Positions 50,460 to 60,246 are shown, numbered from the stretch's first letter. The stretch is 64,000 nucleotides of DNA from Candidatus Latescibacterota bacterium (GCA_965203805.1 OZ241917.1:3040001-3104000), one strand, 5' to 3'. Translations and numbers: made by a program. The notes: a model not told the origin generated them from the letters alone.

Positions 50460-51710
50460 ATGTTCAGCACGCTGAAAACAAAAATACCACATCACTGGAT
50501 CGCAGCGGCGGCTGTCGCGATCATTCTGGCCGGTTGCGGCAAGGAAGAACCCCTGACGACGCAGGAAGAGCACTTTGAAGCCGAAGGCCTCGTGCTCGTC
50601 GACGCCGGCCAGAGGTTCTTCCGCTACTTCCAGGGCAGGATTGACTCGGGAGACGGCCGGGCGGATGCCCTGGAGGTCACTCACGGCGAAGTCACCAGCA
50701 AGTGGAGCATCCGTTTCCTGGACAAAGACGGAAACGAAATGGCGCCTCCCACCGGCGAGGGCTTCAGTTTCACGTGGGAGATTGCGGACACGTCGATCGT
50801 GGAGGTCGTCCAGGACGAGGGGGAAGCGGGCATGTTCGTCTTCGCCCTGCGCGGTCTGGAAGACGGCGAAACCACCATCAAGCTTCAGGTCTCCCACGAA
50901 GGCCACGTGGATTTCACCACGCGGGACATTCCGGTCCACGTGGGAGAAGAGTTCGAGGCGGAAGGGCTTGTCATCATCGAATCCGGCTTTCGTTTCTTCC
51001 GCTATTTCCAGGGCGAGATCGACTCTGAAGACGGTCGGGTGTCGGAACTCACGGCGCCGATCGGAATGACGCCTCACTGGCGCATCAAGTTCCTGGACGA
51101 AAACGGCGAAGAAATAGACCCGCCGGAGGATCCCGAATTCACGTTTGCCTGGACCATTGCCGATCCCGACATCGTCGAAGTCGTCCAGGACGAGGGGGAC
51201 GAGGGTTCGTTCGAATTCCACCTGAACGGCTTGCACGAGGGCGAAACCACCATTGTGCTTAAGGTCGAGCACGACGGACACACGGACTTCAGCACCCAGC
51301 CCATCCCCGTGCACGTGGAATCACAGGAGGGGCAACACGGGGAACCCGTCGGGGTTCGACTGAAAGAAGAAGACAGCGGCGACGTGCTGGTCGAGGCGCC
51401 CGTGGCGGGCGAAGGCACAGCCAACGCCGCGCTCTCGGTCGCTGCCGGAGATTCAACCGACCACATCGCGACCGTCTTCTTTGACGAACACGACGTCGAA
51501 TTCCAGCCCGAAGCGCCCGACCATACGCTGGGCATTGCGGTGGCCGACACCTCGCTGCTCGGTATCGACCCGCCTGTAGCGCCCGAATACTGGGCCTTCA
51601 GACTCATCGGAAAAAAGGCCGGCACGACCGCCATCACGCTTTCCATTCTCCACGACGGAGAGGCCGAGGACGAATTCGCGCCGATTTCCGTGACCATCAC
51701 CGCACCGTAG
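50460..51710 (+). CDS. Acidic lipoprotein with tandem ~125-aa repeats carrying His motifs (putative metal-binding)
   Basis: Lipobox ILAG-C; repeats FEAEGLV..RFFRYFQG..HEGHVDF and ..HDGHTDF plus a degenerate third unit; AGGAG SD. Confidence 0.8.
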   Translation: MFSTLKTKIPHHWIAAAAVAIILAGCGKEEPLTTQEEHFEAEGLVLVDAGQRFFRYFQGRIDSGDGRADALEVTHGEVTSKWSIRFLDKDGNEMAPPTGEGFSFTWEIADTSIVEVVQDEGEAGMFVFALRGLEDGETTIKLQVSHEGHVDFTTRDIPVHVGEEFEAEGLVIIESGFRFFRYFQGEIDSEDGRVSELTAPIGMTPHWRIKFLDENGEEIDPPEDPEFTFAWTIADPDIVEVVQDEGDEGSFEFHLNGLHEGETTIVLKVEHDGHTDFSTQPIPVHVESQEGQHGEPVGVRLKEEDSGDVLVEAPVAGEGTANAALSVAAGDSTDHIATVFFDEHDVEFQPEAPDHTLGIAVADTSLLGIDPPVAPEYWAFRLIGKKAGTTAITLSILHDGEAEDEFAPISVTITAP

Positions 51711-51720
51711 AATGAAACGC

Positions 51721-51749
51721 GGCGGGAGGGTTCTTCTCGCCCTCCCGCC
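51721..51749. terminator. GC-rich hairpin between lipoprotein and TBDR genes
   Basis: GGCGGGAGGG-ttcttctcg-CCCTCCCGCC with no U-tract; could be a stabiliser or attenuator. Confidence 0.45.
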
Positions 51750-51907
51750 CCTCTCCGGGTCAGGACACGTCCGCATAGGCGGGTAACCGACCCGGCGATT
51801 TGGCATTTCGCCGGCATGTCCGCAAATCCGAAGTTCGTCCGCCGCGCAGGCGGTCGCTCACGCGGAATTCGGGGCGAAGTGAGATTTCCATATCCAGGAG
51901 GACATTA

Positions 51908-54154
51908 ATGTCCAGCACGCCGAAAGCGAAAACACCCAGTCCTTGGATAGCCACGGCAGGGGTTCTTGCCGTGTTCCTGTCCGTGGCCTGTCTGGCCGGT
52001 TTCAGCTCGGCCGCTCAGGCGGTGTTGATCGAAGGGTATATCTTCGACAGCGAGTCCGGACTGCCCATCCGGAACGTGAACGTCCAGCCCGCGGATCACG
52101 CCGCGGGCGCCTCTACGGACGAAAAAGGCCGGTTCGTGCTTCACCTGTCTCCCGGTGTCTATCGGCTGTCCTTTACGCACGTCGGCTATCAGGAAATGCG
52201 CCGCGAACTGAACATCTCGGGGACGAAGCATCCCGTTGTCTATCTGGAACTGGCGCGACTGGATCTCAAGCTGGATCCCATGGACGTCGTGGCCAGGCGC
52301 ACCGAAACCCGGTTTGACGAACTCAAGCAGGCCACCCGCGTGCTTTCGGGCGACGAACTCAGGAAGAAATACAGCATGACGTTGGCCGAGACCATGAAAA
52401 ACGAACTCGGCGTGGCCATCCGCAGCATGGGTCCGGCGCCCGCCCGTCCGGTCATCCGCGGCCTCAGCGGGGACCGCGTCCAGATCAACGTCGACGGCAT
52501 CGAGTCCCAGGACCTCTCATCCACGTCCGCGGACCACGCGGTCACGGTGGAGACGTTCAACGCGGAACGCCTGGAAATCATCCGCGGGCCCCGCACGCTG
52601 CTCCACACGGCCACGGCCGGCGGCGGCGTCATCAACGTCGTCAAGCACAAGATTCCGGAAGCGCGACCACGGCGATTTTTCGGGAGCGTCGGCGCCTATG
52701 GAGAGACGGTAAACCGGGGTTATTTCTCGTCCGCCGCCCTCACCGCGCCCCTCGGGCCGCTGGCGCTTTATGCCGAATCCACGTACCGGGATACCAGGGA
52801 CATCCAGACCCCGGTCGGCAGACTCGCCAATACCCCCATCAACACCAGTACCTATACACTCGGCATGTCCTATGCGGGCGACCGGGGCTACATCGGCGGG
52901 TCGTTTGATCAGTTCGAAACTCAGTACGGCATTCCGGGCGGATTCATCGGCGCCCATCCCAACGGCGCGGATCTGGATATCGAGCGGCGGGTCTTCGAAG
53001 GGAAGGCGGTCTATCGGTTCGACGGCCTTGCGATAGACAGGGCCGAGGTGGGATTCGCCAAGGCCTATTACTACCACGTCGAGTATGAGTCAAGCGGCCT
53101 CATCGGCTCCGAGTTCCTCTTTCATGACTACAGTGGAAATCTCAAACTCTACCTGAACACGGATAGCCAGGAGCAGAACACCGTTCTCACGTCCGGTTTT
53201 CAACAACGAGACCTGCAACTGGGCGGTTTTGTCTTCACCCCTCCCACGCGAAAGCAGGACCTCAACGTCGGGTTGTATCACGAGACAATCTACCGCAATA
53301 TCGAACTTCAGGCTGCCGCCCGGTACAACTACGCCGCCTTCGACCCGCGCCTCACCGCGTTCTCCAACACGAGCCTGGACGTAGACCGCACCTTCCACAC
53401 ATGGTCCGCGGCCTTCAGCCCGCTCGTGCCGGTCACCGACCAGCTGACAGCGGGCATCAGCCTCAGTCGTTCCCAGCGCGCTCCCACCATCGAGGAACTC
53501 TACAACGAGGGACCGCACCTGGCCGCATACACCTTTGAGATTGGCAATATAGAACTCAATGCAGAACGCAGTTTCGGCCTGGAGGCCTTCCTCCACTTTC
53601 TGCGACCGGGTTTCGACCTGGTCGTCACGGGTTTCTGGAACGAGTTCGGCAATTACATCGTGCCTCGAAATACGGGAGAAATCTACTATGCAAAACTCCT
53701 CCCCATCTACGCCGCCGACGGTATCGACGCGAGAATGCTGGGCGTGGAAAGCCACATGAAGTGGCGTCCCGATGCGCGCCTCGAGCTGGAAATGAACCTG
53801 AGCCACGTGCGCGGCGAAAACCGGGACGGACGCGTTCCCCTTCCCGAAATACCGCCCCTGAAGTTCGTGGGAAGCGCGACCTATCGGCACCCGTGGTTAA
53901 CCGCGGGAGGAACCGTGGAATGGGCGGCCGGCCAGAAGCGCGTGGATACGTTCGAAGACACCACCGCCGGATATTCCGTCTTCGGCGTTTACATACAGCG
54001 CGACGTCCTCGCGAGTCAGGTGCGGCACAGCGTTATCCTTTCCCTCGAGAATCTTCTCGACACGGAATACCGGAACCACCTGTCGCGCCTCCGTTCCGTG
54101 ATGCCCGAAACCGGCCGAAGCCTGAAATTGCACTACAGGATGTTTTTCTTTTAG
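51908..54154 (+). CDS. TonB-dependent receptor with N-terminal carboxypeptidase-regulatory-like domain (ZnuD-like)
   Basis: ARPVIRGLSGDRV, SADHAV plug motif, IIRGP, RAPTIEELY..GPH, C-terminal F. Confidence 0.9.
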   Translation: MSSTPKAKTPSPWIATAGVLAVFLSVACLAGFSSAAQAVLIEGYIFDSESGLPIRNVNVQPADHAAGASTDEKGRFVLHLSPGVYRLSFTHVGYQEMRRELNISGTKHPVVYLELARLDLKLDPMDVVARRTETRFDELKQATRVLSGDELRKKYSMTLAETMKNELGVAIRSMGPAPARPVIRGLSGDRVQINVDGIESQDLSSTSADHAVTVETFNAERLEIIRGPRTLLHTATAGGGVINVVKHKIPEARPRRFFGSVGAYGETVNRGYFSSAALTAPLGPLALYAESTYRDTRDIQTPVGRLANTPINTSTYTLGMSYAGDRGYIGGSFDQFETQYGIPGGFIGAHPNGADLDIERRVFEGKAVYRFDGLAIDRAEVGFAKAYYYHVEYESSGLIGSEFLFHDYSGNLKLYLNTDSQEQNTVLTSGFQQRDLQLGGFVFTPPTRKQDLNVGLYHETIYRNIELQAAARYNYAAFDPRLTAFSNTSLDVDRTFHTWSAAFSPLVPVTDQLTAGISLSRSQRAPTIEELYNEGPHLAAYTFEIGNIELNAERSFGLEAFLHFLRPGFDLVVTGFWNEFGNYIVPRNTGEIYYAKLLPIYAADGIDARMLGVESHMKWRPDARLELEMNLSHVRGENRDGRVPLPEIPPLKFVGSATYRHPWLTAGGTVEWAAGQKRVDTFEDTTAGYSVFGVYIQRDVLASQVRHSVILSLENLLDTEYRNHLSRLRSVMPETGRSLKLHYRMFFF

Positions 54155-54231
54155 TTTCGAACGGGCAACTGCAGCGATTGCGCGCGCCACTCCCTCCGAT
54201 CATGGCAGAGTGATATTCCCCTGCAACGCAG

Positions 54232-54271
54232 AGCCCCGGATCCAAACGCCGATCCGGGGCTTGCACTTTTT
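54232..54271 (+). terminator. Intrinsic terminator after the TBDR gene
   Basis: AGCCCCGGATC/GATCCGGGGCT stem followed by a T-tract. Confidence 0.65.
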
Positions 54272-54363
54272 GATGCCACGCTTTATCTTTTGGATACTGG
54301 AAATCGTGACAATTACGATTCAGTAGGTACTCACCATTCCATCGAAAACACTCAAGGTACTCT

Positions 54364-54606
54364 ATGGCTGAATCAATGATTGATAAAGATGGCCACCTCA
54401 TGTTGCCCAAGGAAGTCCGGGAGCACCTGCATTTGAATCCAGGAGATCGGCTCAATCTTGTCATTCAAGACAATGGAGACGTGGTCATAAAACCAAATAT
54501 GCGAGACGTTCGAGATTTGAAGGGAATTCTGGCTCCGGCTTCGCAGTCAGTCACCATTGAGGATATGAATCGGGCTATTCGGCAACGAGGCAGCCATACA
54601 CAATGA
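54364..54606 (+). CDS. AbrB/MazE/SpoVT family antitoxin
   Basis: IDKDGHLMLPKEVREHLHLNPGD swapped-hairpin signature. Confidence 0.88.
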   Translation: MAESMIDKDGHLMLPKEVREHLHLNPGDRLNLVIQDNGDVVIKPNMRDVRDLKGILAPASQSVTIEDMNRAIRQRGSHTQ

Positions 54607-54989
54607 TTGAGCTGGATACAAACGTACTGGTTCGTTATCTAACACAAGATGACCCGGAACAGTCGAGAATTGCAACACGAGAAATCGAAACGAGTGACGA
54701 GTCTTTTTTCATCACAGCGACTGGATTGTGCGAGCTCGTTTGGGTCTTGGAAACGGCCTATGGATTTAACCGATCGGCAATTTCGCACACACTGAGCGTA
54801 ATACTTCAAACACGTCAATTCGTATTTGACGATAAATTATCACTGGAAAACGCGCTGGACGAATATCAACATGAAAAGGGTGATTTTTCGGACTACGTAC
54901 TCGGCCACAAGAGCAAACTGGCTGGATGCGACAGGACACTTACGTTCGACCGTGCCTTGAAAAATCACGCGCTTTTTGAATTATTGTGA
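54603..54989 (+). CDS. vapC: PIN-domain (VapC) toxin
   Basis: LDTNVLVR, CELVWVL, DFSD, TFD; ATGA-coupled to the antitoxin; locally low GC. Confidence 0.9.
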   Translation: MIELDTNVLVRYLTQDDPEQSRIATREIETSDESFFITATGLCELVWVLETAYGFNRSAISHTLSVILQTRQFVFDDKLSLENALDEYQHEKGDFSDYVLGHKSKLAGCDRTLTFDRALKNHALFELL

Positions 54990-55123
54990 AGTTGGCATCC
55001 TGCTGCCTTTCATTTGAGTCCACATCAAACTCAGCTTCGCCCTCCAGAATGACGTGACGGATCAACCTGAACTATAGCGAAACCCTGTTTCCTCGATAAC
55101 GCCTGACTGAGCTCAGCCAGCCA

Positions 55124-55882
55124 CTAATCCCACCCTTCGGTTCCGTCCAACATCGCTCGTCGCATAATCGCCTCCGCGGTTCGCGGACACCACTTCCCCA
55201 GGAAGGCCGCCGCGTGATTCCCGACGCCCGGAATGACGCGGCGTTTTTTCTTTTTCATCCCCGTGAGTATCTTCTCCGCCAGTTCTTCGGGCGGCATACG
55301 TTTCTCTTCCCTCGAATTGTCCGGGCTGAATCTCCGGGCATGGTCGGTGCGTGTCGGGCCGGGGAACACCGTCAGGACGTGTATGCCGCACGCCGAGAGC
55401 GCGACCGAGAGACTTCGCGCATAAGACGCCAGCCCGCTCTTGGTTGCCGCGTACGCCGAGGCTCCCGGATAGCTTACATAGTGAGAAAGCGAGGAGACGA
55501 ATACAAGGGATCCGCCGTGCACAATGCGATCGGCATTCAACAACACAGCCGTCAACACCATGGGCGCATAGAGGTTGACGGCGATCACCCGCTCCTGCAT
55601 TTCGAGACTCACCCGTGAAAACGGGCCGACGGCGTTGATGCCGGCGTTGTGGATCAACACGTCGATCGGGTCCGTCGCGCTCAGTTGATCGTGGACGCGC
55701 GCGATACCGTTATCGGTACTCAGATCTGCCACGACGAACCGGGCCCCGAGTTCCCTCTCGAGCCCGGCCGCGCCCCTCGCATCCACGTCCACGCCGGTCA
55801 CGGAATATCCCGCACGAACAAGCCGGCGGGCGAGCGCCTCGCCAATGCCATTCGCCGCGCCCGTTATGACCGCGTGTTTCAT
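55124..55882 (-). CDS. Short-chain dehydrogenase/reductase
   Basis: ITGAANGIG, HNAG, YAATK. Confidence 0.9.
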   Translation of the reverse strand: MKHAVITGAANGIGEALARRLVRAGYSVTGVDVDARGAAGLERELGARFVVADLSTDNGIARVHDQLSATDPIDVLIHNAGINAVGPFSRVSLEMQERVIAVNLYAPMVLTAVLLNADRIVHGGSLVFVSSLSHYVSYPGASAYAATKSGLASYARSLSVALSACGIHVLTVFPGPTRTDHARRFSPDNSREEKRMPPEELAEKILTGMKKKKRRVIPGVGNHAAAFLGKWCPRTAEAIMRRAMLDGTEGWD

Positions 55883-56619
55883 CGTAGCCGCCGTCGCATC
55901 AGGGATTCGATTGCTCCATTGCAATAACGCCCTAAGAACCTCAACGACTTGTTCCTCAATCCAATGGTCGCCACTGACCGCCGCCCGTCGATCGCTCGTG
56001 CGATCTGCCCGGCGATCCGATCTGCCGGCGGAAACGCTCTCGAACGCTCGTTCCGCCACCCCGATTTCCGGTGGATGCCGGTTTGCATCGCCCCCGGATG
56101 GATGACCTGGACGTTCACATCGCGCTCCGCGCGCAGATTGCGCCCCAGAACATCGAGCGCCTCTTTAGTGGCCGCATACACCGCGAAATCCGGACACGGA
56201 AACGCGTGAGCGATGGACCCGATAAGTACGTGTTTGCCATTCGCATTTCTTACACGCGGAACCAGAGCTTGCGTCAGGCGCAGCGGCGCAAGAAGATTGA
56301 CCGCGACGATCTCTCGAATGCTTGCGCCGCTCTGGTCCGCGACGGACCCGTAGTATCCCGTTGCCGCGTTTTGAATGGCCAGATCCAATGAATCTATCTC
56401 CCGCTCGCTCAGAAACAAACTCACTCTGTCCGCGCAATCCGGCTCCGACAGGTCCGCCTCGCAATAGGTCTCTTCGCTGAAGAGTCCGCCTTTGAGCGAG
56501 TCCAGCGCGCGCCTCCCCACCAGCACGAGCCGATCACCACGCGCGCGATAGATGTCCGCAAGCGCCCGGCCGATCCCGTCCGTCGCCCCGGTGATCAGAA
56601 CCGTTTTTCCCCTGCACAT
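55879..56619 (-). CDS. Short-chain dehydrogenase/reductase
   Basis: ITGATDGIG, QNAA, YAATK; ATGA-coupled to the downstream SDR. Confidence 0.9.
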   Translation of the reverse strand: MCRGKTVLITGATDGIGRALADIYRARGDRLVLVGRRALDSLKGGLFSEETYCEADLSEPDCADRVSLFLSEREIDSLDLAIQNAATGYYGSVADQSGASIREIVAVNLLAPLRLTQALVPRVRNANGKHVLIGSIAHAFPCPDFAVYAATKEALDVLGRNLRAERDVNVQVIHPGAMQTGIHRKSGWRNERSRAFPPADRIAGQIARAIDGRRSVATIGLRNKSLRFLGRYCNGAIESLMRRRLR

Positions 56620-56790
56620 TTTAGATTCACCATCCTTCATGGCCGCAACGGCTGTCGCATCCAGGGCTTGCTCATCAACGGGTGAAACCCTATCTTTGGA
56701 CGGACTCCCCTTACAAGCGGCGCAATACACACCCGACGGGACCTACCGGCCAACCCGGGACGAACAGACACGACAAGGAAGGTTTCGCAG

Positions 56791-57729
56791 ATGTTGTCAC
56801 ACGGAGTTTCTAACGAACAGGCCTGGCGGACGGGCAGTATCGACGATTCCGCAGCCTGGTACTACCCGCTGTCCGAGGATTGTCTCTCCAACCTCAGGCG
56901 CATCATCCGCGATGCACGGGGGCACAACCTGCCGATCACGGAAATTTCTCTGCCGGACGTATCGTCCAACGGCTGCGGAGAATGCCTTCAGCCGGCACGT
57001 GACGCGCTGAGTTCGGGACGGGGGTTTGCGATCGTTGAGCGGGCGCCTTGTGATGTCGATGATGCGCTCGCGATGTACTGGACGGTCGGTAACTTCCTCG
57101 GAAGCCCAATGGCGCAGAATATCGAAGGAACGCTGCTGTACGACGTGCGGGACACGGGCAAGAATGTGGCGCAGGGAGCCAGGTTTTCAGTGACCAACGC
57201 AGAGAGCACGTTCCACAACGACAATGCCTTCGGCAAGCCACTGCCCGACGTCGTGGGACTGCTCTGCGTGCGCGCGGCAATTTCCGGCGGACAGAGTCAA
57301 CTGATCAGCGGCTACGCCCTCCACAACGAGCTGTTGGAGAATCACGCTGACGTCCTTGAAATCCTGTATCGACAGTTCTATTTTGATCGTCGAGGACAGT
57401 TCGAAGCAGGGGAATCACCAACGTCTGAATTCCCCGTTTTTCAGTGGCGCGGAGGGGAATTGACGCTCCGGTATTTGCACTACTACATCCAGGTGGGTCA
57501 CGAGCGCGCGGGCAAATCACTGACCGCGGATCAAAGAAGAGCGCTGGGTGTTGTGGAAGCGTTGCTGCGCCGCGAGGACTTCAGGGTGGAGTTCAATCTG
57601 CATCCGGGTCAGATGCTGTTCACGAACAACCGCTGGATCCTGCACAATCGAACCGCATTCGAGGACGATCCCGACCCGAAACGCCGCCGACATTATGTGC
57701 GGCTCTGGCTGCGCCGCCGCGGCCTGTAA
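56791..57729 (+). CDS. TauD/TfdA family Fe(II)/2-oxoglutarate dioxygenase
   Basis: FHND (HxD), GGQS, NNRWILHNRT, RHYVRLW. Confidence 0.88.
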   Translation: MLSHGVSNEQAWRTGSIDDSAAWYYPLSEDCLSNLRRIIRDARGHNLPITEISLPDVSSNGCGECLQPARDALSSGRGFAIVERAPCDVDDALAMYWTVGNFLGSPMAQNIEGTLLYDVRDTGKNVAQGARFSVTNAESTFHNDNAFGKPLPDVVGLLCVRAAISGGQSQLISGYALHNELLENHADVLEILYRQFYFDRRGQFEAGESPTSEFPVFQWRGGELTLRYLHYYIQVGHERAGKSLTADQRRALGVVEALLRREDFRVEFNLHPGQMLFTNNRWILHNRTAFEDDPDPKRRRHYVRLWLRRRGL

Positions 57730-57755
57730 TCGAGAACATGGAACGCACCCGGCGC

Positions 57756-58214
57756 TTACCCGTCCACAACCTCATAAACGCCCGAATTGTACATATTCTC
57801 CCGGGTCTCCACCCGGAATACCCAGCAACGTCCATCGGTCTTCTCGCGGATCATCCGGTCTGCATAGTCGAACGCATATTTGGAGGAAGCCTCCATCCCT
57901 ACGTTCGGCATCACGCGCAGATCCACAATCCCCCTCCGGTGCATTTCCTCGAACAGTTCCCGCTCCGGGTCGTCTTCGTTGATCAGCATCGTGTGGTCGA
58001 ACATGTGCTCCAGCCAGGCCTTCAGATCCTTGAGTTTGCCGAAATCCACCACAAAGTGATTTTCGTCCAGCTCGTTGCACGTAAAGTGGAACGTGATGAC
58101 GCGGTTGTAGCCGTGGATGAACTGACAGTGACCGTCGTGATGCGCCTGTCGGTGTGAACACGGTAGATTGTGAAATGTCTTGGTGGACGAAAACCGTCCT
58201 TCCGCTCTGGCCAT
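57756..58214 (-). CDS. queD: 6-carboxytetrahydropterin synthase (PTPS/QueD family)
   Basis: SHR, CQFIHGY, VDFG, FDH, VGME, RE motifs. Confidence 0.85.
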   Translation of the reverse strand: MARAEGRFSSTKTFHNLPCSHRQAHHDGHCQFIHGYNRVITFHFTCNELDENHFVVDFGKLKDLKAWLEHMFDHTMLINEDDPERELFEEMHRRGIVDLRVMPNVGMEASSKYAFDYADRMIREKTDGRCWVFRVETRENMYNSGVYEVVDG

Positions 58215-58310
58215 AACTCCCTTCTCTCTTCGCGGTCAATCACTTGGAAGATACGCATTCCACCCTTTCTGTCAAGGCTTCCGCATCGTAATGAAACAAG
58301 GAGAGCGCCG

Positions 58311-59153
58311 ATGATCATCGACACCCATACCCATTTCTACAATCCCGGCCGTCCGGAAGGGGTGCCCTGGCCGCCGCAGGACGACGCCCTGCTCTACCGC
58401 CGCGTGCTTCCAGAAGACTACAAGGCAGTTGCGGTTCCGGAGGGCGTGACCGGCACCGTGGTCGTGGAGGCCAGCGAGTGGTTCGAAGACAATCGCTGGA
58501 TCCTCGATCTTGCCGAAAAAGAGCCCTTCATCGTGGGCTTTGTCGGCAACCTCGACCCGGACGCCGATGCCTTTCAGGACCGGCTTGCGAGCCTGGCGGG
58601 CAACCCGCTTTTCCGGGGCATCCGCCTTCACAGGAGCGAGGTCCGGACCGTCGACGACCTGCTGTTTTCCAGACTCGAACTGCTGGCGCGGCACGACCTC
58701 TCCCTCGATCTGCTGATCGACGTCGAGCAGCTTCACAGTGCCGTCCGCATCGCCGGGCGCCTGCCGGACCTGCGCATTGTCCTCAACCACGTCATCCACG
58801 TACCCATCGACGGCAAAACGCCGGACCCCGAGTGGATCGACGGCCTGCACAACGTCGCGCAGTTCCCAAACATCTACTGCAAGGTGTCCGGCCTCGTCGA
58901 AACCGCCCGGCAAAGACCCGCGCCTCCGGAGTTGATTTACTACGCGCCGACGCTGGACCACCTCTGGGAGATTCTCGGTGCGGACCGGCTCATCTACGCC
59001 AGCAACTGGCCCGTGTGCGAACACGGCGCAGGCTACGCCGCTGTGCAGCGCATCCCCATGGAGTATTTCAGAGCCATTGGAGAGGAAGCGGTCGAAAGGG
59101 TATTCTGGAAGAACGCAAAAGCGGCTTACAGGTGGCCCGATCGCAAGCAATAG
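58311..59153 (+). CDS. Amidohydrolase_2 family (L-fuconolactonase-like) protein
   Basis: IIDTHTH, VLNH, CKVSG, YASNWP. Confidence 0.85.
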   Translation: MIIDTHTHFYNPGRPEGVPWPPQDDALLYRRVLPEDYKAVAVPEGVTGTVVVEASEWFEDNRWILDLAEKEPFIVGFVGNLDPDADAFQDRLASLAGNPLFRGIRLHRSEVRTVDDLLFSRLELLARHDLSLDLLIDVEQLHSAVRIAGRLPDLRIVLNHVIHVPIDGKTPDPEWIDGLHNVAQFPNIYCKVSGLVETARQRPAPPELIYYAPTLDHLWEILGADRLIYASNWPVCEHGAGYAAVQRIPMEYFRAIGEEAVERVFWKNAKAAYRWPDRKQ

Positions 59154-59204
59154 GAATTCACCGGGTGACGGGAGCGCGCCGCACGGACAATTCCGGGAGA
59201 GACG

Positions 59205-59561
59205 TTATCGTTGCCGGGAGAGCATGGGCCCGAGCGGACGTCCGCCAAGCAGATGCATGTGCAGGTGGTAGACTTCCTGGCCGCCGTGGTCCCGACAATT
59301 CACGATCAACCGGTACCCGTCATCGGAAAGCCCCTCCTCTTCCGCGAGACGGGCCGCCACCGTAAACAACCGGCCAAGCGCGGCCTCATCTTTGGAGGAT
59401 ACATCGCTGACGGTGGGTATCGCCTTGTTTGGAACAATCAGAATGTGAGTCGGCGCTTGCGGATTGATATCTCGAAACGCAGTCACCAACTCATCCTGAT
59501 ACGTGATTTCAGACGGTATCTCCTTCCGTATGATCTTGCTGAAGATTGTCTCGTCCGCCAT
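59205..59561 (-). CDS. hinT: Histidine triad nucleotide-binding protein
   Basis: [31 protein letters not shown]. Confidence 0.93.
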   Translation of the reverse strand: MADETIFSKIIRKEIPSEITYQDELVTAFRDINPQAPTHILIVPNKAIPTVSDVSSKDEAALGRLFTVAARLAEEEGLSDDGYRLIVNCRDHGGQEVYHLHMHLLGGRPLGPMLSRQR

Positions 59562-59694
59562 GAATTCTCCTTTCGGCAATTATCTCTATATGCTATCTTC
59601 TGCGGCCAATGCTGAACAAAAAAACAACGCGGAAATCACAAATCAAGGCATTCTTTAACCTGACCAGCTGTTATCCCGGAGAGAAGGCCGGAAC

Positions 59695-60012
59695 ATGCTT
59701 TCTATCCTCGATCGACTTCTGGCCGCATCAGCGACAGTTCTTCTGCGGTTCTACCGGTTATTTGTCTCTCCTTTCTTTCATTTCGTTTTCGGTCCCGGCA
59801 GCGGGTGCCGGTTTCATCCAACGTGCTCCCGGTACGCGCGTGATTGTTTTCGGCAACATTCCGTTCCGGCCGCCCTGTATCTGTCGGTCTCGCGAGTGCT
59901 GAAATGTCATCCCTTTCACCCCGGGGGAATTGATCCCGTCCCGCCTAACCTTGATTCGTCGCTCTTCGGTCACGTTAAATCGAATATACGCAAGTTAATA
60001 AAGGCGATTTAA
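59695..60012 (+). CDS. yidD: Membrane protein insertion efficiency factor YidD
   Basis: CRFHPTCSRY and RVLKCHPFHPGGIDPVP; the C-terminal tail is encoded by the repeat element. Confidence 0.88.
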   Translation: MLSILDRLLAASATVLLRFYRLFVSPFFHFVFGPGSGCRFHPTCSRYARDCFRQHSVPAALYLSVSRVLKCHPFHPGGIDPVPPNLDSSLFGHVKSNIRKLIKAI

Positions 60013-60071
60013 CGGCGGATTTCCAGGAACCTTCAGGTCACTGGACGTGAACGGAAAAAGCGTCCATTCAG
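59952..60071 (+). repeat. ~118-bp dispersed structured element, copy B
   Basis: Inverted near-copy of 45232-45350; internal IR CGTTAAATCG/CGATTTAACG. Confidence 0.85.
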
Positions 60072-60215
60072 GCCTCCCCATCCCTTCGCCTGCTGCGGCC
60101 AGCGATGCATTACCCCCGCCTTCTGATACGGCGCCCCTTATCCGAGCGCCGGAGGACGTCACCCTACCCGACCCGGACGCTGTCCGGCACACGCTACCCA
60201 ACCTCCGCCAACCTC

Positions 60216-60246
60216 TTGACGCAATATCGATAAATCATTATCATTA
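60216..60246 (+). promoter_or_regulatory. Sigma70 promoter P1 with overlapping Fur/Zur-like box
   Basis: TTGACG-N17-TATCAT; CGATAAATCATTATCA overlaps the spacer and -10. Confidence 0.65.
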
